DNA of 16,699 bases, taken from assembly GCA_046539225.1 (NCBI GenBank), contig JBKHHG010000017.1:1-16699 (forward strand), read 5' to 3'. The translations under genes were made by a program, and so were the position numbers. This DNA comes from Candidatus Nanohaloarchaea archaeon (GTDB lineage: Archaea; Nanohalarchaeota; Nanosalinia; Nanosalinales; Nanosalinaceae). Under the pieces are notes generated by a model. It worked only from the letters and a program-made list of their open reading frames with translations. It made no database searches and was not told the origin of the DNA. Below are positions 14,760-16,699 of the stretch, in pieces. The stretch's first letter is position 1. Each line of letters starts with the position of its first letter.

Positions 14760-16699
14760 GTGAGTCTCGAAAAACTTTTCAGGCCTGAGAAAGTCGCGGT
14801 TGTCGGAGCCTCTCGCCAGGAAGGAAAGACAGGTCATGAAGTGTTCGATAACCTGCATCACGGCTTTGAAGGAGAGGTGGTGCCGGTCAACCCTAACGCA
14901 AAAGAAGTTGAAGGGGTTGAGGCCTTGGATGAGATTCCATCGGGTACTGACTTGGTGGTTGTGGTGGTGCCGGCGAAGATTGTTCCACAGGTTATTGAGG
15001 ATGCGGCGGAGAAAGATGTGGAGGCTGCGGTTGTAATATCGGCAGGGTTCTCCGAGTCAGGCAGGTCAGATCTTGAGAACCGGGTTGTGGAAACTGCGGA
15101 GGAAAACGGTATCGCTCTTCTTGGGCCGAACGTTTTAGGCCTGATCAACACGGAAAACTCGATGAACGCCAGCTTCGCTTCAAAAATGCCGGAAGAAGGA
15201 GATATATCTTTCATGAGTCAGAGCGGAGCTTTCTGCACAGCGATCCTGGATTATGCGAAGGCGGAACACATAGGGTTCAGGCACTTTGTCTCGCTGGGTA
15301 ACAAGTCGATGCTGAACGAGGTCGACTTCCTGGAGAAATGGAGGGAAGACGATACAGAAGCCGTTTTGAGCTATACCGAGGGAATTGAAGACGGCAGAGA
15401 GTATATGGAGGAGGCGGAGAAAACCTCGAGGCAAAAACCGGTGATTACAGTCAAATCCGGGAGAACCGACAAAGGAGGAGACGCTGCTTCCTCACACACC
15501 GGAAGCATAGCAGGTTCTTACCAGGCCTACAAGGCAGCGTTCAGAAAAGCAGGTATAATCGAAGCGGAGTCGAACAGAGAGCTTCTTGACTTTGGAAGAA
15601 GCTTCGCATACCAGCCGCTGCCCTCAGGAAAAAATATAATGATTGTGACGAATGCAGGAGGCCCGGGAGTTATCTCAACCGATGAAGTATCGCAGCGAGG
15701 CCTGAAGCTTGCAGAACTCGACACCGAGACAAAGATGGATCTCCACGAGTTCATGCCTGGAGAATCCACGATTCGAAATCCGTTGGATTTGATTGGAGAC
15801 GCCGGGCATTCACGTTACAGAAAGGCCTTGGAAGCTGTAGGTCAGGACGAAAACGTTGACGGCGTACTGGTGCTCTTGACGCCTCAGGCCAACACCGAAA
15901 TCAAGAAGACTGCTAAAACTATAGTAAAGGCCGGTAAAGACATAGAAAAGCCTGTGTTCGCGTGTTTCATGGGGGAAGAAGATGTTTCTCTGGGCGTGGA
16001 AATACTTGAGGAAAACAATATACCGGACTTTGAGGATCCTGTCGACGCGGTAAAGGCCTTTAAAGAAATGAGTAAATACAGGGAGTTTCTTGAAACGGAA
16101 AGAAACTACTGGGATGTTGACTACGACGCTGAAAAAGCCCATAAGGCCTTGAGAAATCGGCAGGGCTACATGCAGGGCCACAATCTTTTGGAGGCCTACG
16201 GATTTGATCTTCCGATGACAGTGAACGCTGAAGCCCCGCATCCTGCAGAGGAGGCCGCGGTAGACATCGGTTATCCTGTTGTCATGAAGATTAACTCGCC
16301 TGATATTGCACATAAAACCGAGATCGACGGCGTTAAAACAGGGATAAGTTCAAGGCAGGAAGTCAACGACACCTTCAACCAGATAGTCAACAGTGTTCAC
16401 CGCGAAAAACCTGGATCAGAGATTAACGGGGTAGTGGTCCAGGAACAGGTGGAAGGCCTTGAAGTAGCTTTAGGCATGAAGAGAGATCCGCAGTTCGGAC
16501 CGATGATAATGGTAGGCCTCGGCGGGATCTACATAGAGGCGCTCCACGACATATCCTTCGGAATCGCACCGATAAGCGGAGAAGAAGCCGAACAGATGAT
16601 CGAAGAGCTTCAGGCCTCAGAACTCTTTAAAGGCGCAAGAGGAGAAGAACACTCTCTCGAACCGGTAAAAGAAGCTATCATAAAACTTGGAGAACTATC
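14760..16699 (+). CDS. acdAB: Acetate-CoA ligase (ADP-forming), fused alpha-beta type; runs off the window edge
   Basis: Manual translation from GTG 14760: MSLEKLFRPEKVAVVGASRQEGKTG...ISAGFSE...LGPNVLG...SQSGA...SLGNK...SSHTGSIAG...TNAGGPG...NPLDLIGDA, then the ATP-grasp part IGYPVVMKINSPDIAHKTEIDGV...RDPQFGPMIMVGLGGIYIE. Confidence 0.93.
   Translation, partial: MSLEKLFRPEKVAVVGASRQEGKTGHEVFDNLHHGFEGEVVPVNPNAKEVEGVEALDEIPSGTDLVVVVVPAKIVPQVIEDAAEKDVEAAVVISAGFSESGRSDLENRVVETAEENGIALLGPNVLGLINTENSMNASFASKMPEEGDISFMSQSGAFCTAILDYAKAEHIGFRHFVSLGNKSMLNEVDFLEKWREDDTEAVLSYTEGIEDGREYMEEAEKTSRQKPVITVKSGRTDKGGDAASSHTGSIAGSYQAYKAAFRKAGIIEAESNRELLDFGRSFAYQPLPSGKNIMIVTNAGGPGVISTDEVSQRGLKLAELDTETKMDLHEFMPGESTIRNPLDLIGDAGHSRYRKALEAVGQDENVDGVLVLLTPQANTEIKKTAKTIVKAGKDIEKPVFACFMGEEDVSLGVEILEENNIPDFEDPVDAVKAFKEMSKYREFLETERNYWDVDYDAEKAHKALRNRQGYMQGHNLLEAYGFDLPMTVNAEAPHPAEEAAVDIGYPVVMKINSPDIAHKTEIDGVKTGISSRQEVNDTFNQIVNSVHREKPGSEINGVVVQEQVEGLEVALGMKRDPQFGPMIMVGLGGIYIEALHDISFGIAPISGEEAEQMIEELQASELFKGARGEEHSLEPVKEAIIKLGEL

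Larger units (their letters stand above)
351..16617. repeat. Dispersed, highly iterated palindromic hexamer AGGCCT
   Basis: About 85-90 copies counted by eye (e.g. 351, 1590, 2781, 3538, 5445, 5454, 6121, 8391, 10711, 11481, 14071, 14781, 16612). Confidence 0.9.

Noticed and set aside
14800..16313. Short track ORFs on both strands
   Set aside because: Shadows of the continuous acetate-CoA ligase frame starting at 14760.
1..16699. CRISPR array or IS element as the source of the repeats
   Set aside because: The repeated unit is only 6 bp, irregularly spaced and mostly inside intact genes; no transposase or direct-repeat array was seen.

Overview
This is a gene-dense window from an archaeon with very acidic (Glu/Asp-rich) proteins. 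An archaeal histone, a family B polymerase, a class III pilin, DnaK/GrpE, a four-gene pyruvate dehydrogenase-type cluster and an ADP-forming acetate-CoA ligase together suggest a halophilic DPANN archaeon such as Nanohaloarchaeota (inference). Order: dnaK (runs off the left edge), small hypothetical, grpE, pilin (all -); wHTH-like protein (+); a ~330-nt structured non-coding region leading into a 37-aa ORF (-); cytidine deaminase (+); RNase H-like exonuclease, histone, metallophosphoesterase (-); polB (+); zinc-finger/DsbA, lpdA, pdhC, pdhB, pdhA (-); acetate-CoA ligase (+, runs off the right edge). Three signals are not explained by the genes. (1) The palindrome AGGCCT occurs about 85-90 times by hand count against about 4 expected, like cyanobacterial HIP1. 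(2) A multi-helix RNA at 3470-3800 has a long-range stem that covers the initiation region of the small peptide. (3) dnaK carries an in-frame ~19-codon insertion made of two RNA hairpins.
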